NCBI GenBank assembly: GCA_963843555.1
Contig: CAWJKV010000005.1
Span: 32,001-96,000, forward strand
DNA: 64,000 nucleotides
From: an uncultured Methanosarcinales archaeon
GTDB lineage: Archaea; Halobacteriota; Methanosarcinia; Methanotrichales; Methanotrichaceae
Direction of reading: 5' to 3'
The translations under genes and the position numbers were made by a program. Under the pieces are notes generated by a model, which saw only the letters and a list, made by a program, of their open reading frames with translations, was not told the origin of the DNA and did not search any database. Positions within the stretch are counted from its first letter, which is position 1, and each line of letters starts with the position of its first letter. Positions 1 through 10,071 of this stretch are shown piece by piece.

Positions 1-71
1 TGCATAAAAGAGGGAAGGATAATCACCAGAAGAGGATACCAGGCCAAATACAGCTACTAGAGCTGATTCAA

Positions 72-704
72 ATGATGAAAGATTACACTGATATTGGAGC
101 CACCACGCCCGAGGCTTTGGAGATAAGCAGAAAGAGCCGGCGGCTTATCTCGGAGATGATTGGAGATGAGAGCCTGGAAGACAGAATCACTCAGAGGTGT
201 GTTATTGCCACGGGCGACCCGAGTGTTGCCGAGATTATGAGATTCCAGAAAGAGCCCGCCCAGGCAGGGTTGCATGCCCTGGAAAAGGGTGCGCATATTT
301 ATGTGGACATAAAGATGGTGGAAGCGGGAGTTTTAAAGACCGGCCACCATAGCCCTATTGAGACCTTCATCGGCAAAGGCGACGACCTGGCCGCGGCACA
401 GGGGATCACCCGCACCTCAGCCGGAGTTATGGCGTTGCAGGGTTTGCTGTCCGGATCCATAATAGTGATAGGAAATGCGCCTTCCGCCCTGCTCACTTTG
501 TGCGAGCTCATGGAGTCGGGAAAGGTCTGGCCTGATCTGGTCATAGGGGTTCCTGTGGGCTTTGTCAACGCTCGCGAGAGCAAAGAGAGACTGAGAAAGA
601 TCGATGTACCGTCCATATCCACGGCAGGCACGCGCGGCGGAACGCCAATTGCCGTTGCGGCCCTGAATGAGATCATAAATACATATGCCCGAAACCACCA
701 CTGA
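72..704 (+). CDS. cbiC: Cobalt-precorrin-8 methylmutase (CbiC/CobH)
   Basis: Motifs IATGD, TRTSAG, IGNAPSAL, GVPVGFV, GTRGGT; first of three overlapping cobalamin genes. Confidence 0.93.
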   Translation: MMKDYTDIGATTPEALEISRKSRRLISEMIGDESLEDRITQRCVIATGDPSVAEIMRFQKEPAQAGLHALEKGAHIYVDIKMVEAGVLKTGHHSPIETFIGKGDDLAAAQGITRTSAGVMALQGLLSGSIIVIGNAPSALLTLCELMESGKVWPDLVIGVPVGFVNARESKERLRKIDVPSISTAGTRGGTPIAVAALNEIINTYARNHH

Positions 705-1698
705 TCCCGTCACTGGCTTTCAGATTCCAACCTCCTGGTTCAGAGCCTGTCCCGACCCAGAGGCTCTGCAAAAGATCCAGAGCGGCAGATGGGTCCTTCT
801 CTCCAACGGCCTTCTCTTGCGGCGAGGCCTGACCACGGGAACGACCGCTGCCGCCGCCTGCAAAGGAGCCGTCCTCTCCCTGAATGGATCGGTCGATTGC
901 CTGGAGGTGATGACCCCTGTGGGGATCAGAGTATCTCTGCCCGCAGTCGGCAAAGATGGCTTTTGCGTCGCCATCAAAGATGCTGGCGACCACCGGTTCG
1001 ATGTCACTCGCGGCCTGGAGATAGTGGCCCAGGCCAGACCATCTCTGGAGACGGCGCTTGTGGCGGGATCGGGAGTTGGCAGGATTGTGGCCAGAGGCCT
1101 GTGCGATGAAGTAGGAAGGCCGGCCATAAGCCCCTCTGCCCGGCGACAGATCATGTCGGCGATATCAGAGGGCCTGGAAGAGATAGGCCTGGATCATGCG
1201 CATGTGGAATTGAATGTTCCCCGGGGCCTGGAGCTGGCCGAAGAGACCCTTAATCCTAAACTAGGCATAATGGGTGGCATCTCCATACTGGGCTCAACGG
1301 GTTTTGTGGAACCCTGGAACGATCACTTCATCAACGACAAGGCCCTGGAACTGAAAGGAGCCAAAAGGGTGGTGGTCACCACAGGCAGAACGGGTCTTAA
1401 GTTCAGTCGCATTCTCTTTCCCGATCATAAAGCTGTGCTCATGGGGAGCCAGCTTGACCGGCTGGAATTTGAGAAGGATCAGGAGAGCATCCTATGCGGC
1501 CTGCCCGCTCTCATCCTCAAGTGGGCTTGGCCCCGGGTTTTGGAGGGAACAAACTTTGGCACTGTGGCGGAGATGGCAGAGAAGGAGCCGCAGCACAGGA
1601 ACATCGCCCTGGGACTGGAGAAGGCCAAAAAGAAGCTGCCCCACACCCGAATCGTTCTGCTCCATAAAGACGGACGCATTTTAGGAGATGCACCATGA
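685..1698 (+). CDS. cbiD: Cobalt-precorrin-5B C1-methyltransferase CbiD
   Basis: LRRGLTTGTTAAAA, KDAGDH.DVTRG, TLNPKLGIMGGISILGSTGFVEPW. Confidence 0.95.
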   Translation: MPETTTDPVTGFQIPTSWFRACPDPEALQKIQSGRWVLLSNGLLLRRGLTTGTTAAAACKGAVLSLNGSVDCLEVMTPVGIRVSLPAVGKDGFCVAIKDAGDHRFDVTRGLEIVAQARPSLETALVAGSGVGRIVARGLCDEVGRPAISPSARRQIMSAISEGLEEIGLDHAHVELNVPRGLELAEETLNPKLGIMGGISILGSTGFVEPWNDHFINDKALELKGAKRVVVTTGRTGLKFSRILFPDHKAVLMGSQLDRLEFEKDQESILCGLPALILKWAWPRVLEGTNFGTVAEMAEKEPQHRNIALGLEKAKKKLPHTRIVLLHKDGRILGDAP

Positions 1699-2267
1699 TC
1701 ATAGTGGGAGTGGGCATAGGTCCGAAGATGCTGACCCCGGAGGCCAGAGAGGCCATTGGCCAGGCCCGGCTCATTTACGGCTCGAAGAGGGCCATCGATC
1801 TGGTCAGGGATCACATCTTCCCGGGCTCTACGGTTGAAGTTATTGAGGACTACGGGAAGCTGGCAGATCTCCCTGAAGAGGCAGTGGTTTTGAGCACGGG
1901 CGACCCCATGCTCTCCGGCCTGGGATATCTGGACGGCCAGGTAATCCCCGGGATCTCCAGCATGCAGGTGGCCTGCGCCCGCCTGAAAGTCAGTCAGCTC
2001 AAGGTGATTCCCATCACTGTTCACGGCCGGAGCCTGGACCCTGAGGCCATAGCCTTTGAACTGCGTCGCGAGAGATGCGTCTTCTTGCTCACAGATGAGA
2101 GCACCGATCTGCAGGGCCTCTGTCGTTATCTGGAATCACAAGGCTTGCGGCGGGCTGTGGCCTCTCTCACAAACCTGGGATACCCTGAGGAGAGGATCGT
2201 TAAAGGGAGCACAGCCTCACCACCGCAGGCTCCCGGTCTGTCCTGCATCCTCATCGGCAAATTTTGA
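1695..2267 (+). CDS. cbiE: Cobalt-precorrin-7 C5-methyltransferase CbiE
   Basis: IVGVGIGP, LSTGDPMLSGLG, IPGISSMQVACA, NLGYPEERI; ATGA overlap with cbiD. Confidence 0.9.
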   Translation: MIIVGVGIGPKMLTPEAREAIGQARLIYGSKRAIDLVRDHIFPGSTVEVIEDYGKLADLPEEAVVLSTGDPMLSGLGYLDGQVIPGISSMQVACARLKVSQLKVIPITVHGRSLDPEAIAFELRRERCVFLLTDESTDLQGLCRYLESQGLRRAVASLTNLGYPEERIVKGSTASPPQAPGLSCILIGKF

Positions 2268-2279
2268 GTGGGGAAAGGC

Positions 2280-3236
2280 TCAGGGGTTGCAGCTCTTGCA
2301 GGGAAGATAGCCCTGTCTCCTTGCAGACTCAGCGCTCTGGAAATTGATCCTGTTCTCCGGCTTTATCTTCAGAGCATAGCGGCAATCCAGTAGATGGTAC
2401 TTTTTTGAGGTACTGCTGCCCACGATCATGGCTTTTGTCGCGTCGTTGGAGGAAGACGCAGGTAAGGACCCAGACGGAGATGAATCGTTCTCATCTACGA
2501 CCGTCTCAGCTGCCAGGCTGCCTTCGACCTTCTCTTTCTTCTTGGAGGGGGCCACTGTCCCATCTTCATCTTTCGTCACGGTGCCCATCTTTGCCTCATC
2601 TCCGGCCTCATTCAAGGTCTTTTTCTCTGCCATGACATCTTCCAGGGTCTCCTCGTCCTCGTTCTCCGATGCCCGGACACCCTCCTCTTTCGCCATCTCC
2701 TCTTGGGCCTTCTGTTTGGCGAATTCTGCTTCTAAGGAGAGGGGAATTTGACCGGATTTGAAATCCTGCAAGGGCTTTTCCAGGCTGCACTTTCTGTTTT
2801 CCAGAGCCAGAGTTCCCTCTGGACCTGAGACCTCCAAAGTGCAGTTGTAGTCACCCGGCTGGATTCTCATATTCTTGGAGATCTCAAAGTTATAGTCCCT
2901 GTTAGGCTCAAGTTGCATCAGCAAGTATTTTGTGCGCATTAGAGGAGTTCCTCCATCCTGGGCAAGGGTAGCATTGAGCATAAGATAAGGAAGTGAGCCA
3001 TTGCCTATGAGCAAAACTTTTCCCTCTGCACAAAAGAGATTGCTCTTCACCACCGCCTCGTAATCCAACTGCAAATGAGAGGATAGTTCCCCTAACTGCT
3101 GATTTTCAGCTCCAAACGAAGGCACTTGAGAGAGTTGAGGCCCTCGATCTATGCAGCCCACCATAGAGAACAATGCCAATATAAGAGGAAATAAAATTAG
3201 AGTTATACCACACTTACTAAAAATTTTTATAATCAA
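2280..3236 (-). CDS. Putative lipoprotein with C-terminal Ada-type metal-binding domain
   Basis: Hydrophobic N-terminus ending in a lipobox-like MVGC; acidic linker; C-terminal KKYH..DC...RQGYLPCKSCNP. TTG at 3236 preferred over 3377 because the longer ORF overlaps the next gene and an ORB-like box. Confidence 0.65.
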   Translation of the reverse strand: MIIKIFSKCGITLILFPLILALFSMVGCIDRGPQLSQVPSFGAENQQLGELSSHLQLDYEAVVKSNLFCAEGKVLLIGNGSLPYLMLNATLAQDGGTPLMRTKYLLMQLEPNRDYNFEISKNMRIQPGDYNCTLEVSGPEGTLALENRKCSLEKPLQDFKSGQIPLSLEAEFAKQKAQEEMAKEEGVRASENEDEETLEDVMAEKKTLNEAGDEAKMGTVTKDEDGTVAPSKKKEKVEGSLAAETVVDENDSSPSGSLPASSSNDATKAMIVGSSTSKKYHLLDCRYALKIKPENRINFQSAESARRQGYLPCKSCNP

Positions 3237-3242
3237 TTGATC

Positions 3243-3263
3243 AACCCCCTTATTTCCAGTGGA
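3243..3263 (-). promoter_or_regulatory. ORB-like Orc1/Cdc6 binding box (distal, inverted)
   Basis: Minus strand reads CTCCACTGGAAATAAGGGGG, nearly identical to the ORB at 5042-5063. Confidence 0.6.
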
Positions 3264-3336
3264 GATCTTTGAACTCCAAGATCCTATCCCCAGAGATGTC
3301 TGAGGACTGAAGCTGTCCAGAGACTGTCTATGAGCC

Positions 3337-3795
3337 TCACCCTTGCATGGACCGAAATGCCCGCAGCAATCCTTCAATGCAGTCTAATTGCTTTTTCAGC
3401 TTATCCAGATCCTGTTCCACTTCCAGGCCCTCGGTGAGCTCTCCCAGACGGCGCAGCAAAGATGCGCGAAGGTTCGCCTTCGCTCTTATAAATTCAACAT
3501 CTTCCCCTTCATACCGGATAGCCTCTCTTGTCTCCGATCTCCTCGACGAGCTTGCAATAGCCTCCTTCTGCGACAAAGTCTCGCCTGCAGGAAATGATTT
3601 TTCCAGCTGACTCGCGGTGCCCGACCCCTCCGCCAGAGCAATAGACGATGACTTATCTGGAAAGGAGCAGACAGGGCAGACGACCTCTCCCTGGCAGCGA
3701 AAGAGAGGCGCGCCACAGTCATGATGTGTGGCCAGCATTGTGCAGCCCTGCTCCAGCAGCCTGGTTATCTTGCCGAGAACTTCATCTTCATCCAT
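3337..3795 (-). CDS. UPF0148 / Sjogren autoantigen p27-like Zn-ribbon protein
   Basis: LLEQGCTMLATHHDCGAPLFRCQGEVVCPVC. Confidence 0.85.
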   Translation of the reverse strand: MDEDEVLGKITRLLEQGCTMLATHHDCGAPLFRCQGEVVCPVCSFPDKSSSIALAEGSGTASQLEKSFPAGETLSQKEAIASSSRRSETREAIRYEGEDVEFIRAKANLRASLLRRLGELTEGLEVEQDLDKLKKQLDCIEGLLRAFRSMQG

Positions 3796-3895
3796 GTCTC
3801 ATCACCCTCATCCCACATACGTTTAAATACAACGATATAGCATCTTTGCATAACTGATTAAGACGGATACCGTCATTAACCTTTTTCCCATAGAT

Positions 3896-4171
3896 ATGGG
3901 TGGTGATTCTACGACAGCTGATAATGTCCTTAAGCAATGCGTTGAGGTATTAGAACGTATTATGAGTGATGACGCCGTCCCGAGGAATATCAGGCGCTCC
4001 GCTGAGAGCGTCAAGACCATCCTCACGGACGAGAGTGTAAGCGAAGCAATCAAGGCCGCATCTGCCATCTCAATACTTGACGAGATAAGCAATGACCCCA
4101 ATATTCCCCTTCATACCCGAACTCTGATCTGGAATGTTGCCAGCCAGCTTGAGACCATACCTGTAGCTTGA
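3896..4171 (+). CDS. UPF0147 family protein
   Basis: [11 protein letters not shown] ... [29 protein letters not shown]. Confidence 0.9.
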   Translation: MGGDSTTADNVLKQCVEVLERIMSDDAVPRNIRRSAESVKTILTDESVSEAIKAASAISILDEISNDPNIPLHTRTLIWNVASQLETIPVA

Positions 4172-4300
4172 ATTTCTCTACTGCTAAGATGCGTTTCTCT
4201 TTGGCCAAAGAGAACAAAAGCCAACATAAGAGGCAATTTCACCTTTTTGAGATTAAAGGCGCTCATAACCAGAGGATGCAGGGCTAAGAGAGACCGTATG

Positions 4301-5063
4301 ATTTCCACTGGAACCTGTCTCTTTGCCCACTGGCGTATGACGAAGCTGCAGGCATTGAGCATTCTTTTGATGTGATTGATCTGCAGGACAACAAAGCCTC
4401 AGATTTGGACCTGACTGCAGAGGAGATCAGAGCACCACTAGAATCCTTATCATATCTCTATATACTATCTCAAAGACATGAAAGAATCGAAGGCTATCGG
4501 TATCTGGATGAGCCTGTCATTTCCAGCAAGCCTGTCATTTCCGGCAAAGACGCAGGAATTATCGTCATCATAATGGAATATAGAAATGCGGACATTTGAA
4601 CGTTTTTTAGTAAATGCTTAAGAATTTAAGGGAAAAATAAAAATAAGCGATGATTTATAGATTTATAAATTAGATTATGAATTATGATTTTAAAATTATA
4701 TTTTACACACATCTTTCCTGATATCAATGGAATTAAAAGATATGATCGCTTCATACCCTTTAAAAAAAGTTTTGCCCCTCTCGCGATGGGTCTTAATCTT
4801 CTTCTTTTGTCGATACTGATGAATAAGAATAAATCCAATGCTCTATGGGCGCATTTATTTGAAAATTTGACAGACTCCATCCACAATAATAATGATAATA
4901 CCTTTTACTTTTTTGACAATAAAGCTTATATACAAATAAAATCATACCATACAACCGGCTAATTTTATTTCATTATCTATCATGAGAAACTACGTTTTTT
5001 TTATTTCCTTTCCACTGGAAACCATGGGGTGGGAGGGCCAAGTTCCACTGGAAATAAAGGGGT
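4301..5063. other. Probable replication origin (oriC): inverted ORB boxes flanking an AT-rich unwinding element
   Basis: TTCCACTGGAAACCATGGGGT (5010-5030) and GTTCCACTGGAAATAAAGGGGT (5042-5063) on +; GTTCCAGTGGAAAT on - (4301-4314); AT-rich tract ~4600-5000; directly upstream of cdc6. Confidence 0.85.
4511..4546. repeat. 18-bp tandem repeat with a mini-ORB-like core
   Basis: AGCCTGTCATTTCCAGCA / AGCCTGTCATTTCCGGCA; minus strand contains CTGGAAAT / CCGGAAAT. Confidence 0.7.
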
Positions 5064-5122
5064 GTTTACCATAACTCTTAATATCCCCCAAGACCTAGAA
5101 AAATTGTTCGAGGGGAATTATC

Positions 5123-6356
5123 TTGGTATCTATTTCGAAAGGGTTATTTGCTGATTTATTAGCGCAAGGAGGCATATTTCAGTCCAGAGATGTCCTGCGT
5201 CCTACTTATACGCCAAGCGAACTGCCTCATAGGAAACGAGCAGATCAACGGCCTGGCATCTGTTTTAGTTCCTGCATTAAGAGGAGAAACCCCCTCCAAT
5301 GTTCTTATCTATGGAAAAACCGGTACCGGTAAAACTGCAGTTGCCAAGTACGTAGGAAAAGAACTGGAAGAAGCAAGTTTTGGAGATATGAAGTGCACAG
5401 TGATCTACATCAACTGCGAGGTGGTAGACACTCAGTACAGAATTCTGGCTCATCTTAGCAAGACACTTTGATAAAGAGATCCCAATGACCGGCTGGCCTA
5501 CAGATCAGGTCTATGCAGAGTTCAGAAATGCAGTGGATGAAGAAAAACAAGTTGTCGTGATAATGCTGGATGAAGTGGACAAGCTGGTGAGAAAGGGAGA
5601 CGACGTTCTTTACAACCTCTCCCGTGTAAACTCTGATCTGCTTCGTTCCAAGGTCAGCATCATCGGCATATCCAATGACCTCAAGTTCACAGAGTTTCTA
5701 GATCCAAGAGTAAAAAGCTCTCTTGGCGAGGATGAGATCATCTTTCCGCCTTACAACGCCGAGCAGATTAGGGACATCCTGGAACAGAGAGCCAAGCTCT
5801 CCTTCTAGTCCAGGTGTTCTTCAAGAAAGCGTCATACCATTATGTGCTGCTTTTGCGGCCCAAGAGCATGGAGACGCTCGTAAAGCTCTGGATCTCTTGC
5901 GCATATCCGGAGAATTGGCCGAAAGAGCTCGCTCTGCTAGTTGTAGCTGAGGATCATGTGCGTTCTGCTCGAGAAAAGATTGAGCAGGACAGAGTAGAAG
6001 AGGTTATCAAGACTCTGCCCACTCAGTCCAAACTGGTGCTCTACAGCATTGTTCTATTAGAGGAACAGGGAACAAGAAACATCACCACCAGTGCCGTTTA
6101 CAACATGTACAAACAACTCTGCCCTCTGGTTGAGACCGACTTTTTGACCCATCGCAGGATAACGGATCTCATTGCAGAGCTGGATATGCTGGGCATATTG
6201 CATACGATTGTGATCAGCAAAGGTCGATACGGCCGGACCAAAGAGATCACGCTCAGTGTTTACTCCGGCAAGCTCAAGGCTACGCTGCAACAGGATTACC
6301 GGCTGAAGGTCTTGGGCAATGTCAATGTGCCTTGCCAGGCCCGGCTGGGCCTTTGA
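5123..6356 (+). CDS. cdc6: Orc1/Cdc6 replication initiator (about three apparent frameshifts)
   Basis: Fragments give L.PTYTP.ELPHR, Walker [50 protein letters not shown]. Confidence 0.95.
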
Positions 6357-6392
6357 TATCTCATTTTTCAGGATCCGGTTCATGCTAGACTG

Positions 6393-6635
6393 CTAAAAAC
6401 CCAGGCTCAGGAAATGGAGCAAAATCACCAGGAAGGCGCCCAGGATCCCGCCGATGCCACAGATGAGTATGACCAGCCAGCTGTAACCGATCTCCAGGCC
6501 GGCGGCGTAATTTGCGAGAAAAAGAATCAACAGCCCCATAGCTGCATTCATGATGAAATTCTTGATGGATCTCAGGATCAAGAATGCACCGAAGACTATA
6601 ACCAATATTAATACCACAAGCCCAGCTTCAGTCAT
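6393..6635 (-). CDS. Small membrane protein, BofA-like
   Basis: Three hydrophobic segments with N..MGLLIL and ICGIGGILG. Confidence 0.7.
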   Translation of the reverse strand: MTEAGLVVLILVIVFGAFLILRSIKNFIMNAAMGLLILFLANYAAGLEIGYSWLVILICGIGGILGAFLVILLHFLSLGF

Positions 6636-6687
6636 TCCAGCAAACTAAGGAACACTAACTATTTAAAAAGTCTCTTTTCCTAAGGCA

Positions 6688-9600
6688 TCATACCTTGAAA
6701 GACTCCATCTCGCTGGCCAGGCGGTGCAACTCCTTAGTGTCCAGGGATAGTGGATCTACATGCACCAGCAATATGGCGTTCTTCAGGGCGATCTCATCCC
6801 TCTGGGACTGAACGAACCGGAGCACAGTCTCATAATTGCTCTGAGTTATGAGATAACCTAGGCCTTCCAGCAGGATGACTGGATAGCTCGCCTTGCTGAG
6901 GAAATCGGAGATCATACTGCTCAGGCGGGGGAAGTTCGTTGGGTCCACAGACCTGTATCCCGGCTCGCTCTTTTGCGTCAGCCATATAACAGTCTCTGCG
7001 GGCACATTATATCTCTCATACAGAGTCTCGGGATTGTAGCGGCTCAAGCATAAGCCCTCCATGCCGTGCATTACCAGTTCGCTGAAGATCTCCAGGATCT
7101 TTTGCGGCTTTTCTTCCTCAATGATATAAGTGGTTCCTGGTATGAGAGATATCTCGTAGGGACTTCGACCGTAGCTTTTCATGATACCTTCCAGGGCATT
7201 GATGGGGTCGAAGGCAGTATCATGCGTTTTGATGATTCTGGCCAGCCTCCTCAAAGCAACGAAGAAGCCGCGTCTCGTCAGCACCAGCCCACACCTGATC
7301 CTTAGCTGCTGCAAAGAGCCCAAAGCATCTTGCATATCCGGTTCGCAGGCCGTGCTGGAGTCATCAGAGATCGGTTCGGCTCTGGCAGGGCTCTCAAAGA
7401 ACCCGCCTGCAGCTATCATCTCATTAGTGACAGTCACCACCTCTTTTCTCACCTCTTCGCTCAAATTAGAGAGCATAGCCTCGGAGAATACCCGGAAGAG
7501 GTAGGCGGAGAGGGGACCCAAAGAGAAGATCAGCTCTTTGATCTCATTTACATTCGATGTCAAACTCGCATGGACAAACTCCGGCTTCTCCGCCAGTATC
7601 AAGTGCGTCTTATGGCCCAGGAGCTCCATCTGATAGACGAAGTCCAGCATCTCCCTCTCCGGAACCCGGCCCATGTTTTCGTTTATCAGTTGTTCGATAC
7701 TGTCAATGAGCACAATGCTGTTCTTGCTGGACTCGACAAATGCTTTTATGGTCATGAAAAGAAGCGGCAAATTTCGGGGCGAGATGTAGCGATCGCTTCC
7801 CTTCTCATCGCTCAGCTTTATAATGGGCGTCTCCTTGAAGCCCCAGCGAAGCCTCACATCTTCTGGAGCATAATGGGTTATGCATAGCCCCTCTACACCA
7901 TGGGTGATCTGATCGGTGAAGACTTCATAGGCAATCTCAGGCACGATATAGATCTTTCCCGTCTTCAGATCATAAGTAGGAAGCGTTGCCTTTGCTTCTT
8001 CTTTCACCGGCTTTACGGGCAAGTGGTCTTCTACAATCATCCTCGTGGCGGAAGGCCCAACTGAGCCGGTGAGCGTCTTCTCGAACTGATCCCACAGCTC
8101 CAGAAGTTGCTGTGTCTCAATCTTCTCCCGGCTGGTGCCGAGTTGTTCAAGGTAGTTATCGACCTGCATTCTTGCCGTCTCTTTGCCTATGTAACGCGCC
8201 AGCGTCGCTTCCAGTTCCTCTACTGTACCCTGGCGTATTACCCTGCGTTCATGGTCCGGAGCCGGTGCCTTTTCACGGCATGGGTTGACGAAACAATCGG
8301 CAATGGCTGCCTCTTCCAAACTGGGCTTCGTTATGAGCGATACAAGAACGTAAAGGCTGCAATTGACAAGAAGGGTCCAGTATACAGAGTTCGTCCAAGG
8401 GTCCAGGTCAAGCCCGAACAGATCCGTGGGCTTGAGGAAGGCGGCGCCAAAGGGTCCATCCTTGACCAAACTTGCCAGCGCTCCATTGTTTCCCGCCACT
8501 GTTGGAATGAGGGCGGTGTAGGCCCAGAGCAAGAAGCCTGATACCAGCCCAGCCATCGCTCCTTCCCGGTTGCCTCTCTTCCAGTACAGGCCGCCCAAGG
8601 CGGCAGGTGCCAGTTGGCTGGCTGCCAGAAAAGAGACGATGCCGATATCTGCCAGGATCTGGTATGCCACAGCGCGCGAGTAAAGATATCCCAGGACCAC
8701 TACAATAAGTATGTTTAGCCTTCTCGTGTTGAGGAGAATACCAGCAAGGTTTTTTTGCTTTTTTATACGGCCCAGAATATAGGGCAGCTCCAGGTCGTTG
8801 AGAAGCATGGTGCCTACAGCTACGGATTCAATCAGTATCATGGCGGTGGCAGCCGACATCCCTCCTATGAAGACGAAGAGTGAAAGCAAGTCCTGATTAT
8901 GGGTGTAAGGTATGGTTATTATGAAGGCATCTTTTAGGCCTCCCGTATTGAGGAGCAATCCTCCCCACGCGATGGCTGGTACGAATAGATTGATTAATAA
9001 GAGATAGAGCGGAAAGAGCCACATTGCCCTCTTGAGGTGCTTCTCCTCGCTATTTTCCACCACCATAACGTGAAATTGTCTGGGCAGGAATAAGATGGCG
9101 AAGAAGGATATCAGAGTCAGTGAGAACCAGAGGGGATACTCCACGTCCATGAGATCGGCATATGCCGGATTATGGCTGGCCTGATCAACCATCTGGTTCG
9201 TTATATTCCCATAGCCACCGAAGATGCCATAGGCCACAAAAATTCCTACCAGGAGGAATGCCACTAATTTGACCAGGGATTCAAAGGCCACCACGGCGAT
9301 CAGTCCCTCATGGCGTTCCATGGGGTCGAGATGGTGTGCACCGAAAATGACTGCGAAGGCTCCCAGGAGCAGGGCCACTACCAGCTTACTCTCCGCAGGA
9401 AAGCCCAGCAATATGTTCGAACCTGTCAGTATCTCAAGCGATGTGGAGATGGCGATGAGCTGCAGGGCCACATAAGGGGTCACCATGATAAGGCACAATA
9501 CCGCCACCACGGCGCCTATAGCATAGCTCCTGCCGTAGCGGAAACTTAGAAAGTCGCTGATTGAGGTGAGCCTGTTCTCTTTTGAGACGCGAATCATCTT

Positions 9601-9849
9601 GCGGATGACTATCCACCCCAAAGTCATGGCTAAGACGGGTCCCAGGTAGATGGGCAAAAACTCCAGGCCGGTTGATGCTGCCCTTCCTATGGAGCCGTAA
9701 AAGGTCCAGGCGGAGACATAGACGCATAGAGAAAGAGCATAAACATAGGGGTTGGCAACGATGCTCTTGCCCAGATGCTTCCGTTGATCGGCATAGCGGG
9801 CTATGGCAAAGAGCAGCAGCAGGTATAGGACCATGATGAGCAGAGCCAC
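6688..9849 (-). CDS. SLC5 (Na+/solute symporter-like)-STAC-DUF835-DUF835 fusion protein
   Basis: N-terminal ~500 aa CrbS/CbrA-like (YALSL.VY.SAWTFYGS.G.A, LTSISDF.S.RYG, PY.ALQL, AFES.VKL.AFL, FLPRQFHV.VVEN); STAC-like helical domain ~8035-8230; two DUF835-like domains (~7600-7960, ~6700-7140); no histidine kinase motifs. Confidence 0.85.
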   Translation of the reverse strand: MALLIMVLYLLLLFAIARYADQRKHLGKSIVANPYVYALSLCVYVSAWTFYGSIGRAASTGLEFLPIYLGPVLAMTLGWIVIRKMIRVSKENRLTSISDFLSFRYGRSYAIGAVVAVLCLIMVTPYVALQLIAISTSLEILTGSNILLGFPAESKLVVALLLGAFAVIFGAHHLDPMERHEGLIAVVAFESLVKLVAFLLVGIFVAYGIFGGYGNITNQMVDQASHNPAYADLMDVEYPLWFSLTLISFFAILFLPRQFHVMVVENSEEKHLKRAMWLFPLYLLLINLFVPAIAWGGLLLNTGGLKDAFIITIPYTHNQDLLSLFVFIGGMSAATAMILIESVAVGTMLLNDLELPYILGRIKKQKNLAGILLNTRRLNILIVVVLGYLYSRAVAYQILADIGIVSFLAASQLAPAALGGLYWKRGNREGAMAGLVSGFLLWAYTALIPTVAGNNGALASLVKDGPFGAAFLKPTDLFGLDLDPWTNSVYWTLLVNCSLYVLVSLITKPSLEEAAIADCFVNPCREKAPAPDHERRVIRQGTVEELEATLARYIGKETARMQVDNYLEQLGTSREKIETQQLLELWDQFEKTLTGSVGPSATRMIVEDHLPVKPVKEEAKATLPTYDLKTGKIYIVPEIAYEVFTDQITHGVEGLCITHYAPEDVRLRWGFKETPIIKLSDEKGSDRYISPRNLPLLFMTIKAFVESSKNSIVLIDSIEQLINENMGRVPEREMLDFVYQMELLGHKTHLILAEKPEFVHASLTSNVNEIKELIFSLGPLSAYLFRVFSEAMLSNLSEEVRKEVVTVTNEMIAAGGFFESPARAEPISDDSSTACEPDMQDALGSLQQLRIRCGLVLTRRGFFVALRRLARIIKTHDTAFDPINALEGIMKSYGRSPYEISLIPGTTYIIEEEKPQKILEIFSELVMHGMEGLCLSRYNPETLYERYNVPAETVIWLTQKSEPGYRSVDPTNFPRLSSMISDFLSKASYPVILLEGLGYLITQSNYETVLRFVQSQRDEIALKNAILLVHVDPLSLDTKELHRLASEMESFKV

Positions 9850-9860
9850 ATTGGGTCCTA

Positions 9861-10070
9861 TCAGTCGGAATTCCTCCTATCGAAAAGATAGAGCACGAGT
9901 ATGATAACCAGCCAGACCGTGGTTATGTATAGCAATATCGCAGGTACACCCATAAGGGCGAAGCCCTCGGCCAGGGTGAGCATGGGCCAGTTGAGCAGCA
10001 GCCACCCTAAGACGAAGAGAAAGGCCCAGAATTCTTTCAGGCCAAGGAGATCCCGGAAAGAGAGTTCCAT
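9861..10070 (-). CDS. Small two-helix membrane protein, CbrX/DUF3311-like partner of SLC5 proteins
   Basis: LFVLGWLLLNWP.L...MGVP.ILLY...VW.V.I pattern; 11 bp upstream of the SLC5 fusion. Confidence 0.75.
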   Translation of the reverse strand: MELSFRDLLGLKEFWAFLFVLGWLLLNWPMLTLAEGFALMGVPAILLYITTVWLVIILVLYLFDRRNSD

Positions 10071-10071
10071 G

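Noticed and set aside
4372..4962. ORFs 4372-4599, 4626-4886 and 4684-4962
   Set aside because: They lie in the AT-rich origin region, have compositionally biased translations and show no recognisable motifs.
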